A stretch of DNA of 64,000 bases from NCBI GenBank assembly GCA_030390025.1, contig CM059438.1:47802001-47866000 (forward strand), written 5' to 3'. Origin of the DNA: Squalus acanthias. Its lineage: Eukaryota. Numbering within the stretch: the first letter of the stretch is position 1; each line of letters opens with the position of its first letter. The notes below the pieces were generated by a model. The model was given only the letters and a program-made list of their open reading frames with translations. It had not been told where the DNA came from and did not search any database. The position numbers and the translations under genes are program-made. Shown here piece after piece: positions 25,131-37,983 of this stretch.

Positions 25131-26804
25131 ACTGTCGGGGATAAGAATGTTCTTAGTACGGGCAATTCCTCAACAGCAAACCGTTTTAGCAATTAATACA
25201 TTAGTTAATAGAAATAATTAACCTGCTGATTCTTACTTTGAATGCCTTAAATGATTTATTATAACTTTACAATGCGAATATTAATATTATCGCTTCGCTC
25301 CCTTTGGACATGGAGCATCTCCAACTCCAGTACTAAATCTTCTGTCGTTCTGCCTCTCTCGAATTCCACTTTCGTGAATTTGCCTTCAGAATAGCTTCAT
25401 CAAATGAGCGTTCAAAAATGAATGGTGCAGCTATAGAAACCTGAACGCACTCAGTACTTCGAGTTCCTGTAGAAATGTTGATCCTCCGATGTATTTCGCC
25501 CTTCGTATACGTTCACTTGGTGTCGGGACCTGCTACCTGTAATGACAGCAGACGGTACTACCTGCGGCTGGTCAACGGCGAGAGCTGGGCGGTGATTAAG
25601 CAGCCAGGCCACCTCCAGAAAGCTCCAATGGCTTCGGGCGGATGAGTGCCTGGAGGAGGGGAGCGGGACCCTTGATGGGGGGGGAAATGCCATCAAAAGG
25701 CGGATGAGCTAATCCTTGACTTAGCCACTGGCATCCACAACCTGTGACACGGCGACAGTACCGAACAAGCCAATGTAAGAGTAACCGAGCTCCGACGAAA
25801 GTCGGCCGATGGTGACCATGATGGTGATCTGTTTCCTTCCATCCTCTGTGTGTGCAGAGAGCCCACCGTTCACGCTGCGCCTTTTCATTTGGGACGAAGT
25901 GCAACGCATTTTCTGTCGCCATTTCTCCACCGTCCAGTTTTGCAGCTATTAAACCATTAACATTATAGAGCTTTGGTAACAATTGCAATTAGCCAGTACA
26001 ATACGTGGCCCTAAACTAACGCCAGCAACCATTTATGCGACAAAGTGCTTAGAAAAAGAGCACGCTCTGTCTATAGATGCATACACAGACATAGGCAGTA
26101 ACGGATGGTGGGGGATGGGCCACCTGCATGCACTTTCATGGCACAGAGCCCAAAGCATATAAATTTGGAGTGCATTCCTGACCATCCATTATTTGAAATG
26201 TATTCTAGGAGCAGGACTTGTAAAATGGATATGACTTTTTATACAGAGATGAGTCTCGCTGCTATGCTTCAGTTAAAATGGCCTTCCTCTTCTCAAACCC
26301 CATCTGTAGAAATCGGGATTTGCCTTTTGCTGCTGTCGCTCTGTAAATGTTAATTTGTCACTAAGTTTAAAAATATCTTTATTTAACTTCAGAAGTAACT
26401 TCCTGTTATCTGACACTGCCTTTTGAAATTGGGCCTGCTATAGATTGTCTTTGTTCTCTCTTTTGCGTGTCTGTAAATACCGATATGGCCACTTTCAGCT
26501 GCTGCTAGCTCACTGTTTAAAATGGACATGCAGGGAACAATAAGCCCCCCCCACCCCCAACCATACCTCCGCAAACACTTCCTTAAACGTTCATTTGTCT
26601 CCGTTATCACATTTATAAAATGTGTAACCATTTCATTGGGTTTAATTCAGCAGCTGTGATAAGGCACTTAGTGTTATCAGGCTTTTTTTTTCTAGATTGA
26701 GTACGTGACCTAATCATACTGTTAATCATTGAGCAGGAACATGAGCTTGAGTCGGTGCAACACTTGCACTTTCCAACAACAAACAGAGTCGATGTGGGTT
26801 CACA

Positions 26805-26993
26805 CCGATCTTTCACCGTCGCTGAGTCAAAATCCTGGAACTCCCTAACAGCACTGTGGGAGCACCTTCACCACACGGACTGCAGCGGTTCAAGAAGGCG
26901 GCTCACCACCACCTTCTCCAGGGCAATTAGGGATGGGCAATAAATGCTGGCCTTCCCAGCGACGCCCACATCCCATAAACGAGTAAAAAAAAA
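26805..26993 (+). mobile_element. LINE 3' tail of a second CR1/L2-group family (also 38872-38990 plus, 12710-12940 minus)
   Basis: GGACTGCAGCGGTTCAAGAAGGCGGCTCACCACCACCTTCTC...GGGATGGGCAATAAATGCTGGCC, repeated at three loci. Confidence 0.75.
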
Positions 26994-27626
26994 CCTGGTG
27001 TGTAGATAATGATGGTTATCTTGTGCCTGATTGTGATTTTTCTTTTCGCCTACAGTAATTAATGTCTTTAGTATTTATGATCTAAATACTACAAATTCTA
27101 ACTGAACACAGTCAAATACCAGCTCGACACTTCAATCTCGCTGCACTTTACAGAGCAGCTTTCATTTCTGCACCAGTACTTTTCCTTCCCCACCCCACCC
27201 TCTCCTGACTCCTTTGTTGCAGTACGGTTCCATGGTACCTCATGTAAGAGTGAATCTCGACGACCTATTCGACTGCTGGGGGGCATCACAGCACGGCCCG
27301 ATCCTGTCCTTGCCCAGGTATCCACATATTTGCACTTCCAGCAGGTGGTGTTGGATATCGATCTGGTGCGGCAGTCCCCTACTCCTGGCTCAGATCAGCC
27401 ATCCAGCATATTGGGGACCGACCTGGGACCAGGCAGGTTTGTACAGCGGAGCTACTTGCTGGATACACTTAGAGGCATCAGAGGATCTATATACAGTATA
27501 TTCTTCACCGTGAATACAAACACAAAAGGCTATTCTGATTGCTTCATTCATCTCAGCATATCCCTGTTTGTTTATTTATATATATATATATAATAATTTT
27601 ATTTTTTTTTCCTCTTGTATCAAGGA

Positions 27627-28410
27627 CATCAGCCTTGACTCAGTGGGTAGCACTCTCGCCTCCTGAGTCAGAAGGTGTAGGGTTCACGCCCCACTCCAGG
27701 GACTTGAACACAAAATCTAGGGAGTGCTGCACTGTCGGAGGTGCCGTCTTTCGGGTGAGACATTAAACCGAGGCCCCGTCTGCGCTCTCAGGTGGACGTA
27801 AAAAATCCCATGGTATTATTATTTCGAAAAAGAGCAGGGGAGTTCTCCCTGGTGTCCTAGCCAATATTTATCCCTCAACTAACATCAGTAAAACAGATTA
27901 TCGCTTTAATTCATGCTGTATCTTTTGGCTCGTACCTTTTTTTTTTACTGTTTAGTCTTGCATGCAAATAGCTAGGTGTCAGCTGTGGCTCAGTGATGGC
28001 ACTCTTGCCTCTGAATCAGAAGGCTGTTGGTTTACGTCCCAGTCCAGAGACTTGAGCACAAGACCTAGGTCGACATTTCAGTGCAGTACTGAGGGAGTGC
28101 TGCACTGTCTGAGGTGCTGCCTTTCGGATGAGACATTAAACCGAGGGCCCGTCTGCGCCCTCAGGTGGACGTTAAAAGATCCCGTGCCACTATTTTGAAG
28201 GAGAGCAAGGGAGTTCTCCCTGGTGTCCTGGCCAATATTTATCCCTCAACCAACATCGCTAAAAACTGATCATTATCTCATTGCTGTTAGTGCACAAATT
28301 GGCTGCTGTGATTCCTGCATTACAACAGTGACTACACTTCAAAAGTACTTCATTAGCTGTAAAGCGCTTTGGGACGTCCTGAGGTTGTGAAAGGCGCGAT
28401 ATAAAATGCT
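27627..28410 (+). mobile_element. Compound SacSINE1-like locus (host SINE plus a templated copy of 58143-58527)
   Basis: Head and body 27627-27902, about 75 bp of non-SINE sequence, then a second head and body from 27977 and a single tail. Confidence 0.88.
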
Positions 28411-28779
28411 TGTGTTTGTTAAATTTCCCTGAATCCAGCTGCAGATTTTTTCTCTCTAACTATGTCGAAGTCACTATTCTCCTCATGTCCACACTGCCAG
28501 ATTCTGTGCCAGAGAAACCAAGCCAACTATGAATGGGAAGCATCGCATTAAACTGAAATCTTGCACATCTTATTAAAAGCATTTCTAGCCTGTTATTTAA
28601 TCGCAGGTTTTTTCTAATTCTTTGATTCCCCTCTTGGGGTTTGTGACATTATTTGAACACCTCAAATGGATTAGTGCCTTGTAATCGCTCCCAGGCGTCC
28701 GTTATTCTGTCGGGTTTATTCAGCGATCCTCTGCACCCAGCACTGTAGCCTGAGAGTCAACGGGAGTGTAGGTTGGGGA

Positions 28780-29285
28780 GTCGGTATTACAGTGTTGTGT
28801 AATGTAGATCATGACGAGCTGTTCCACCTTGTCCAGAACAGCAGAACCAGAGGGCCCGGCCTGCGCTTGAAGGGGGGTAAATTCAAAACTAATCTGCAGA
28901 AACATTATCTCAGTGAGCAAGTGGTCAATCTACGGAGCAAGCTCCCCAGGGAGACGGTGGAAGCAGTTAGTATTGATCCATCCAAATGCAAACGAGAGAG
29001 ATTTCATTCAGAACATAATATTTTGGGATACGGTGTGCGAGTAATTGGAGACATGACGTGTGGCGAGTGGAGCGTGCTTGGGAGGAACAGGCGACTTTGG
29101 ACCTATGGTTCCCAAAGCTCTCCATCACTGGGGGTTTCCTCACCTCATGTCTGGGTCTGTTGTAGACTAATTGATAGCTGTGATTAGTCAACAACTCCAT
29201 TATCATTGTATCATGCGATCACCAGGATGGTAGAAGGTGAACTAGATGGATCTTGGTCTTTTTTAGTCTAGCTGTTTCTATGTCC
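28780..29285 (+). mobile_element. CR1-type LINE 3' fragment with long 3' UTR
   Basis: ORF 28792..29187 LFHLVQNSRTRG...LKGGKFKTNLQKHYLSEQVVNL. Confidence 0.78.
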
Positions 29286-29419
29286 TCTGGCCCATGCAAG
29301 CCTTGGTCTCGATTCACCTAAAGCTTGTAATATGCTGCAATAGCTTTTACTGTTAGTGATATTTCCATGCTTGTGTTTTGTAAACTTCTGTTATTCCCCT
29401 TCCCCATTTCTCCTGCATC

Positions 29420-29750
29420 CAGAATGCATTGCCACCTTGCTGGGGTGTAATTCCATGTGCACCCAGCTCCCTCTGCATGAGCCTTGAATAGTGAGCGGCG
29501 CCAGACTATTCAACTGTGAGGGCATCACAGCTGCGCCCAATCGTGTCTATGCCGACAGTCCACACTTGGAGTACCAGCCAGGGATAGGAACCTAGGTCAA
29601 CTTTCCCCCCTTTAACTATAAATCAAATTATAGCCTGGCCGCCCCGCCCCAATTCAACTAACTCAGCACAGAGACACACGGATTGAACCTGCAACCGGCC
29701 GGGTCTGTTTTGCTCCCCTGCTCCCTGGACAAACTGGCTGAGCCATTACT
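29420..29750 (-). mobile_element. Old degenerate SINE-like repeat (related copies about 27170-27470 and 20340-20580)
   Basis: Shared GACTATTC.ACTG..GGGCATCACAGC..G.CC.ATC.TGTC block; reverse tRNA-like head GGATTGAACCTG...CTGAGCCAT. Confidence 0.5.
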
Positions 29751-30339
29751 GCAGAGGGTGTGCATTAGTAATATTGCAGTCTTGTAATGATTTCCAGTAT
29801 GGACTTCTGTCAACATCCCTCTCCTTGGGCCAGTTTGTAAGCCTTGTCCACTTTGCTAGATTGCATCAACTATTGATGAATGTTTTATTGGCTCGAAGGT
29901 TTGTGAAATATATCACAGCATTTCACATAAATATGGTGCAAGGTTAAACACACAGCCCCTTTTTGAATGTATTGTGAAATATCAGACAGCACCATATTTT
30001 GTAAGCAAGACTTATATACAGTAAGTTGTGCAATATCAGATGACTGAACAATCTTTTATAAGCACACCACATTTTTCCTTCTGAGGCAACATTGATTACA
30101 TTCCTAAACAAAACAAATGTTTAAAAAAATTTTTTTTTTGCATGCCCTGCAAGGATGCATACTTTGTGTGTGGGGGGTGGGGGAGCAAAAATACTGTTCA
30201 ATGATATTCCGTGAACCCACAACAAATATTCCTGAAGCATTAAGGCAGTTCCTGAACATACTCAGCACAAAATAGTTCTTACAAGCTTCAACTATACCGA
30301 GGCCTTTAGCTGCAAGCTTCAGTGTGCTGAAGCCACTGA

Positions 30340-30410
30340 TTGACAGATCAGCCATGATCTAACTGAATGGCAGAGCAGGCTCGAGGGGCTGAATGGCCTA
30401 CTGCTGTTCC
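30340..30410 (+). mobile_element. CR1-type 3' tail (related short tails at 37028-37115 minus and 61070-61190 plus)
   Basis: AGATCAGCCATGATCT..TGAATGGC.GAGCAGGCTCGAGGGGCTGAATGGCCTAC. Confidence 0.75.
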
Positions 30411-30554
30411 GACCTTCCTATTGCCTTGTGCTGGGAGGGATTGTGCAATGTGTCACATGATCTCAAATGCGATTTAAAAAAAAAGAAATAAATTGTGCAT
30501 TCTGCAAGGGCGCTGTTCTTCAACACTGGTGAGATCCTTCTCGAAATGCCTTGC

Positions 30555-30814
30555 AACTTACCCCTGTGCTCGCTGAGCTACACTGGCTCCTGGTCCGCCA
30601 ACACCTCGGTTTTAAAATTCTCATCCTCGTGTTCAAATCCCTCCATGGCCCTCGCGCCCCCTCCCTATCTCTGTAACCTCCTCCAGCCCCACAACCCACC
30701 AAGAACTCTGCGTTCCTCCAACTCTGGCCTCTTGCGCATCCCTCACTCCCTTTGCCCCTCCATTGGCGGCCATGCCTGCAGCCCTCTAGGCCCTAACCTC
30801 TGGAATTCCCTCTC

Positions 30815-30851
<37 letters not shown>

Positions 30852-31023
30852 CCTTTAGACACTCCTTAAAACCCACCTGTTTGACCAGGCTTTTGGTCGC
30901 CTGTTCTAATATCTCCTCCTTTGTGTCAATTTCTGTCTGATGCTTCCGCAAAGGGCCTTGGGGATGTTTTACTACGTTAAAAGGCGCTATATAAATGCAG
31001 GTGGTTGTTGTTGTTGTTGTTGT
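30555..31023 (+). mobile_element. L2-type LINE 3' end with internal (CT)n and (TTG)n tail
   Basis: CCTGTGCTCGCTGAGCTACACTGGCTCC (PVLAELHWL), TTTAAAATTCTC (FKIL), CTCCATGGCCTCGC (LHGLA) L2 ORF2 C-terminal motifs. Confidence 0.85.
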
Positions 31024-33846
31024 GCAGTGACATCACTGGGGATTATGGGCTGTGCTTGTCTTACCTGCCTTTGAGAAAGATGCCAGCTTTAGTTTGCTGA
31101 GTCTCACGGTCTGCTTGGCTTGCTGATGTTCACACTTTGAAGTTGCTTTGAGTGGCTGCTGCCCAACTTAATGAGCCACCCGTGGAGGTTCCAGCCTCTT
31201 GGGGTTCATTTTTTGGCAGAGCCTTGGAGGGTCTCATCAACCAGCATTTTAGTGTTCCTACATCCCCCTCAGGTGTCTAGCTCTTGGATCCAGCCAACAC
31301 TCCTAAGTAAAGGCATAACTTGGAAGTAAGCACAAAGTGCCAGCATTCCGGAAGCTAGCCCGTAGTATTAGCAATTAAAGCAGTTTGTGCTTTCAATTGA
31401 TCATCCCTTCAAATTATGCATATGCTTCAGAAAAAGGGAAAAACATTTAAATATTTTCCATGTACTGTTTATCTTGCACTGCATCGCAGTCACTCCCCGA
31501 TGACTTTGATTTATTGAGCGTGGTAATTTGTGCCTGTATAATTTATATTGCAGGATAAATATGCTGGCAATTTTGTGCAATAAAATTGCTTATTGTACAA
31601 TTAAGATTTGGGTAAGGAATCGAGCAAATTGCGTGATTCACTGTTGTTCTTTGCAAGTATTACACACCTAGTTTATTGTAGGTGGGTGAGCTTTCACTAT
31701 GAATTATATTTTGCAACACTATATTCACGTAGAACACAATGTCCGTGAATTTACATTTCCTTTTAAATCACGGATATGAACTTGCCCTGACCTGCTCCCA
31801 TTGAGGTGAGGTGTGCTGCTTCACAGGAGCTAGTTCTACCACTGCCTGCACCATGAATCAAATGTCCCTCAGCAAAAACGCTGTTTTGGCAAAATTAATT
31901 TTGTGGAAAAGTGCTCGCTAGCCCTGGGCTGGGTGAAGTCTTCTTCCTCACAAACCGCCAAATGTAAATTGCAATGATCTTGGAGGATTTTCTAACCTGT
32001 TAATTTTGCGCGTGGGTTTAATGATTTCAGTGTAAAAATATCTTGAAAATGTGTGTGTTTCTACCAATATAAGTGTTATTTGTACAGATACATATTCAGT
32101 TGGTTCAGAAATCAAGATGGCGACTGGAACCATTTTGAAAAAGTAAATTGAACGATGCGATTGGTTCACACTGCAGCGATTGAATTGGTTGCTTTTCTGG
32201 GGGATCTTTTCTGATCTGCATTCAGCGAATCAGTGTGGTTAAACACTTTATTTGAGCCAATCAGAAAAGAGTAATCCCCTGCCCCCACCTGGCTACAGGC
32301 AAATTTAACATCGCCTTCACGTTTAATGTGTGAAGCTCTATATTTTAATATTTTATATACAGCGCTGACAAATTACAGTAAGTTAAAGTTGTTTACAGTG
32401 CTATTCATGCAAGTCTCACCGTGCTCATTGTGTTCCTCCGACTTGCATATTTCTCTCGCTGACAGTTTTAGAAATCCCATTTTTCTTATTTGTAGGGGGG
32501 GGGGGGGGAGTTAGAAAGGGAAATGGATTTAAATCAAACTATCAATTGCATTCCTTTCTGGCATCGCAAAACTAATAAAAATTCCATTTGCGCAGCGGCA
32601 ATTGGGTTACTTTATAAGGAAAAACCTTGCTTTTGGCTACTTCGCCCTCTGAACATATAATACATCTTTTTTTTGCCTCGGGGAATATTAATGACTGGTG
32701 CTGTAGTGTGTGATATTATTTACTCAGACACATACACTGACTCACGGTAGCGGGCCTGTCATTACTTGTTCTGAAAGAGGAGCATTCTGCTGCGGGTTTT
32801 GTTTTGCGAGGAAAAGAAATTATGATTTTTAGGAAGAATTCTTTTGTTCAGACTTGCTTTCACTGTTGTAGCAAAGCTCTTGTGTGTATGTGGTCCCCAC
32901 CCCCCCCCCCCCCCCCCCACACCCACCCTCCGCTGGTAGTGATGAATGGTTACCTTAAATCAAATAGCAAAATCCGACTGTCATTTCTGCTCCCGAGGAA
33001 TATTCCAAGCAGAACCTGCTCGTTTTATATGCATTGGAAATTCATTAAAAAGAAATTGTGGAGTGTTAGCAAACTGAACAATGAATTGATTGTCTACAAG
33101 TGTCTGGTTGATATAATAAATGAATATAAATAGAGAATTCTCAACATCAAACAAACAGGCGTATGTATAATTTGGGCAATACATTATTTCCAGCAAGGGG
33201 CAAAGCTACTGTTTTATGTTTAATAATTCATTAAAATGCTATTAACATATAAATCACAATTTAAAAAAAATCATCTATAACACCTTATTAAATTGAACTG
33301 TACAGTGAAATGGGGTGAGTCATATGCTGGCAAAATACCTATTCATTTCTTGCTTGTGTCTCATTGCTGTCCTTGAGGTTACCAAACTGGAATATATGTT
33401 GATGCAGCCTTAAAATGGGTCAGCAAGCAATTACAGTTGTTCAGTGGGAATTAGAGCAGTTTATTCTGAAATCCAAAGAAAATATTTTGAAATGCTCGTT
33501 GAAGGCTGGAAGAACCTGGGGTAGACGGGAAATCTGGGGGTGTGGTGGGGGGGGCTTCCAGATGGGCAGGCGTGCCTCCACCGCGGTCCGTATACACCGT
33601 ACTCGCTGTGCCTAGCCCATCCATTACACCGAGGCGCAAAGACAGCGAGACCTGCCCCTTAGAGTTTAACCTGCCCCATTCTCCCCACCAGTCCTGTCCC
33701 AGTGTAAGTAAGAAACTGTTTAATAGTCTGGGTGCACATTCTGACCTTGCTCGCCAAAAGGATTGAATTTAATCATTAATTTTCAGAATGAAAGTCCAAA
33801 ATATTTCTAGTGCAAATGTTTTTTTTTTCTTTTGATAAGTTTTAGG

Positions 33847-34300
33847 TGTCCACCTTTGGCTCAGTCCGTCGTGCACGCGCCTTTAAATCAGAAACTCGTG
33901 GGTTCAGGTCCCATTTCCAGAGACTTCGGCACAAAATCCAGGCCGACACTCGGTGCAGTGCTGAGGGAGTGCTGCACTGTCGGAGGCGCCGTCTTTCGGA
34001 TGAGACGTTAAGCCGAGGCCCCCTCTGCCCCCTCAGGTGGACGTAAAAGATTCCATGGCACTATTTTGCAGAAAAGCAGGGGAGTTCTCCTGGTTAATAT
34101 TTATCCCTCAATCAACATCACTAAAAAAAAACCAGATTATCACATTGCTATTTGTGGGAGCTTGCTGTGCACAAATTCGCTGCCGCTTTTCCTACATTAC
34201 AACAGTGACCACTCTTCAAAAGTACTTCAGTGGCTGCAAAGTGCTTTGGAACGTCCTGAGATCATGGAAGGTGTGATATAAATAAATGCAAATTCTTTTT
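33847..34300 (+). mobile_element. SacSINE1-like DeuSINE
   Basis: Same head, Deu core and tail as the other copies. Confidence 0.88.
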
Positions 34301-37300
34301 TTTTTAATCTTCTTTCTGAATGAACATGCACAAAGAGTGAAATTCCAACCAGCAATGTTTCCCGTTAAGCTGTGCGGCCGCGTAGCGGTCTGCAGGTCCC
34401 GTGCAGGCTGCTCACCGGCTTTTACATTGAAGAAACCGCGCACGCGCGGAAATTTGAATGTGCTGTGCAGCCAGTTATAAAGGGACCGTGTACCTAAAAT
34501 AAAAATTAGAGGGAATGTTGCCAACCTGTGTTTGAAAAATCCCCATAGCTTTTATTTTCGAAGCATTGCCTCGCCGGTGAATATGCCTGGGCACAATTTA
34601 GTGTAACCAACGCTTATCTCAAACTAAATAACATATTTCTAAGTATTAGGAGTTTGTTCGGTGAAAGCATTTGAAGACCTCTGGAGCTTTCCTTTCACTT
34701 ATGGCTTGGCTGCCACGGTAAACAAGGTTAGAAGTTATTTGCTGTGGAAGCACATTTCTTGGGCAAAAACCATGTGCTCTCACAGCCCATACTGGTGGAT
34801 TTCTGGTACAAGTTGTGGTCTGTAGCTCATAAATTACAGAATCAATGAAAGAAAAGTAATAAGCATTCTCTTTATTCCAGCCTGTGGCTGACCAGATCTG
34901 ATAATCAGAACCATCCGCTTATCTCCTCAATAGAAAGCAGTTTCCTTTACGAATATAAACTTTGCGTTGGTTATCTGGCTGCTGCATTATGCTGCGACTC
35001 TAAATACATCCTTCGGATCTCATTATTGGGAATGTTATTCATCATACACTGCCCATGATTAAGTGCTGCAATGCCGGGTGACGGACTGAGCCTCGGACTA
35101 CAAACACACCCCAGGTTTTTTAATTAAGGGTTGAGGTATTTAGATAGAAGGTCAAGCTCGCGTCTGCTCAATCCTTTCTTCTGGCACAGCGCTCAGATCA
35201 TGGGATTGTCACATGTTCAGACATAAGTTCAAAGAAGCAAAATGTGAACTTTTCTAGCCGTTCCAAGAATTCCTCTGGAAGTTAACTCGTGTATAAATTG
35301 AGTTATTTGCACAATTCTGTCATGAAATCCATCTTGCAGAAATATTGACAACATAAAGAACGATTTGATACTACAGTCACTGGTTATATTTACAATAGGA
35401 TGGTATTTATAAAGTTCACCTTTAATCCACTGGGGGGGAGCAGTCGGGGGAGCCTTACCTTTGGAATTTAATAAGTGATTTCTTAAAAGAAAAATGTTAT
35501 AAACGCAATTTGTTCATGTACTTAGTGTTCAGTACTTAGTGTCTTATTTCATATGCACAGAAGGAGGAATGTATTATTCTGTTATTACTTAGTGGAGTTT
35601 TAATCAAGAAAGATCTTTTTAAAAAATGTTTTATGTTACATGCAGCAATAAAAGAGCCATATGTTGTAAATTTTCTTTGAATAGTTATTTGGCATTAACC
35701 AAAACTGCAGAGCACAAACATTGATTTAGGCTTTGATACAAAGCTATTCAGTTCTCAGAAAATAATACAAGATCTTTTCTTTGTGGTACAATGCAGAAAC
35801 GCAATATAAAGAGATTACTGTGTTATTTATAGAAAAGCAAAACGCACGCATAACATAACCCATTTATAACAATGTTTGTCCTGGTCCTCCTTGGCAAAAA
35901 AAAATCAATCCTGTTTGTGAATAATGGCATGGGTACTTAAAAAGAAATTAGTGGCTCCGAATGAAGTTTTTGTAATGAATTTTGGCACGAAGTGTAATTG
36001 ATTTAGTGTGTTTATAGGATGGGAGTAGCTTCGCCAGATATTTAAACTGCCTCTTGCAATACTTTAAAGCAGGGAAACAGGTTTTCTTTTTCAGCAGTCC
36101 GGAGACAATAGAATAAAGGTCAGAGAGGGATTTCAGTCAAGTAGGAGCTGCTCGGACACTTCTCGTTACTTTTTCACGTTGACTGTTGCAGGAGTTCAGC
36201 AAGGTTTTTTTTTCCAAAGCGGACAATTCACTGCAGAATTGCACCCAGGTACTTTGTTACAAAGCGGTCGAAACTTTTGATTTAAAAATAGATCGGCGGC
36301 TTAAAGCAGTTGAAATACAACATCTGTCAACTCTTCATTATGGCCTTTGTAGACGCCAGGGTGGGTTGTGTTTACTTTCTGCTTGTGCAGGGTATTAAAT
36401 GGTTAATAAAACTGGACTTTTACAAACAGCTACACAGATTAAGAGAGCAGTTCCTGAAAACAGCTCACATTGGAAATATTTGTCCGGGTTAATTTGTAAC
36501 GTGAAAGTTTGATTTCAAGATTAATTTGTGTTTGGCTTAATCCAGTTAAATTTATGATTTTTTTTGTGCGTGTGTGCTGGTAACACAAGTTGAATGCTGC
36601 TCGGTAATTGAATTAGGTTAGAGTTTTAGTCACAGGGTTTGCTGGGCTTGTTGATTCAACGCTCTACAATGGCATTCAAGCTGAAATAATAGACCATTGT
36701 TTGACGTTCTGTGTCCCTGCTATCTTAATGGTCCTTCAGCTCCCGTTCAGCAATTAGTCCATACATCTTGCTACTCAGCCTTTAATAATCCAGATAAAGC
36801 GGGGGAGGAGGGACAGAATCTAAAACCATTAAATTCTGTACGAAACAAAAAAAGAAAGATTCTGAAGTTTTGTTCTTTGAAACATGTGATCCAGACCTGG
36901 TCATTGAGCAGTTTACTGTAAACTCATTTTAACCTTAGCATCCTGGAGGTCTGACAGGGATTTGCATGGTGTATCTGTCTGTCTCTCCCTCCTCCCCCAT
37001 TACACTATCGGAACAGATGGTCTCAGATTAGGACCATAGGAACAGGAGGAGGCCATTCAGCCCGTCAAGCCTGCTCCGCCATTCTATTAGATCATGGCTG
37101 ATCTTTCCTTCAACTTCTAAACTCGAGGTTTATTGCATTATCACGTACTTGTAAAACAGCTCTCCTTGCAGAGGTGTGCATGGGTGAGAGCGCCTGCAAG
37201 CACATGCATGTGTGATTATTAGGATGTTGAGCGCAATGCAAAAAAGGTCAATCTCTGAACATCCATAGATGCTGAAATATTTTATGATTCATTTTACTTC

Positions 37301-37309
37301 TGGTGTTGG

Positions 37310-37890
37310 GGACTTGTGCGGCAATAGCGCCTCACTTCAGAAGGTCATTAGTTGAAGCCCTGTTCCAGCATTTGAGCACACAATGCAGTCTGACACTCCT
37401 GCGCAGTATTGAGGGAGTGCTCGATTGTCAGAGGTACTGTTCCTTGGGCGAGATCTTAACCCAAGGCCCTGTTTCCCTGTTCCTGTGGTACATGTAGACA
37501 ACAACATGCATTTATGTTATGCATTAACATAGAAAAACATCCCAAGGCGCTTCAGAGGTGTAATCAAAATAAACACGGATGCTGAGTTAAAGGAGGAGAT
37601 ATTAGGAGGAGTGATCAAAAACTTGGTCAGAAAAAGCCTGGTTTTACGGAGGGTCTTAAAGGAGAAGAGGGAGATGGAGAGACAGAGGGTTTCGGAAGGA
37701 ATTCCAGGGTGTGGGGGGTCTGTCAGCTGTTGAAAATCCTTAAGCACTGTTTGGGCAAGAGCAGGGAATCCTCCTAGTGTCCAACCCAACACCAGAAAAG
37801 TTAACTGGTCATTTGTCGTATTGCTGTTTTGTGGGATCCCGCTGTGCGTAAAATGGCGGCAGAATTTTCCTACATGACTGCACTTCATTA
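37310..37890. mobile_element. Degenerate SacSINE1-like copy (+) split by an L2-type tail (-, about 37500-37710)
   Basis: Decayed head and Deu core 37310-37497, reverse L2 tail ACAACAACATGCATTTAT...GGAAGGAATTCCAG, then the SINE body resumes near 37745. Confidence 0.65.
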
Positions 37891-37951
37891 ATAATATAAG
37901 TATTTTGTTAATATGCAACATGGCAGACAGACGTCACAAATTTGCCATGCA

Positions 37952-37983
37952 GAGACACCTAGTGGCCAGAGCCTGCAACTGCA
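37952..37983 (-). promoter_or_regulatory. CTCF-like core with upstream TGCAGT module
   Basis: Minus strand TGCAGTTGCAGGCTCTGGCCACTAGGTGTCTC. Confidence 0.45.

Noticed and set aside
25700-25730. Hammerhead at CGGATGA-GCTAA/TTAGC
   Set aside because: Core is CGGATGA rather than CTGANGA, and no GAAA follows the stem.
27627-27700. tRNA genes at SINE heads (also 16355, 33847, 50740-50803, 58217)
   Set aside because: A/B boxes run straight into the Deu domain; no full cloverleaf or terminator.
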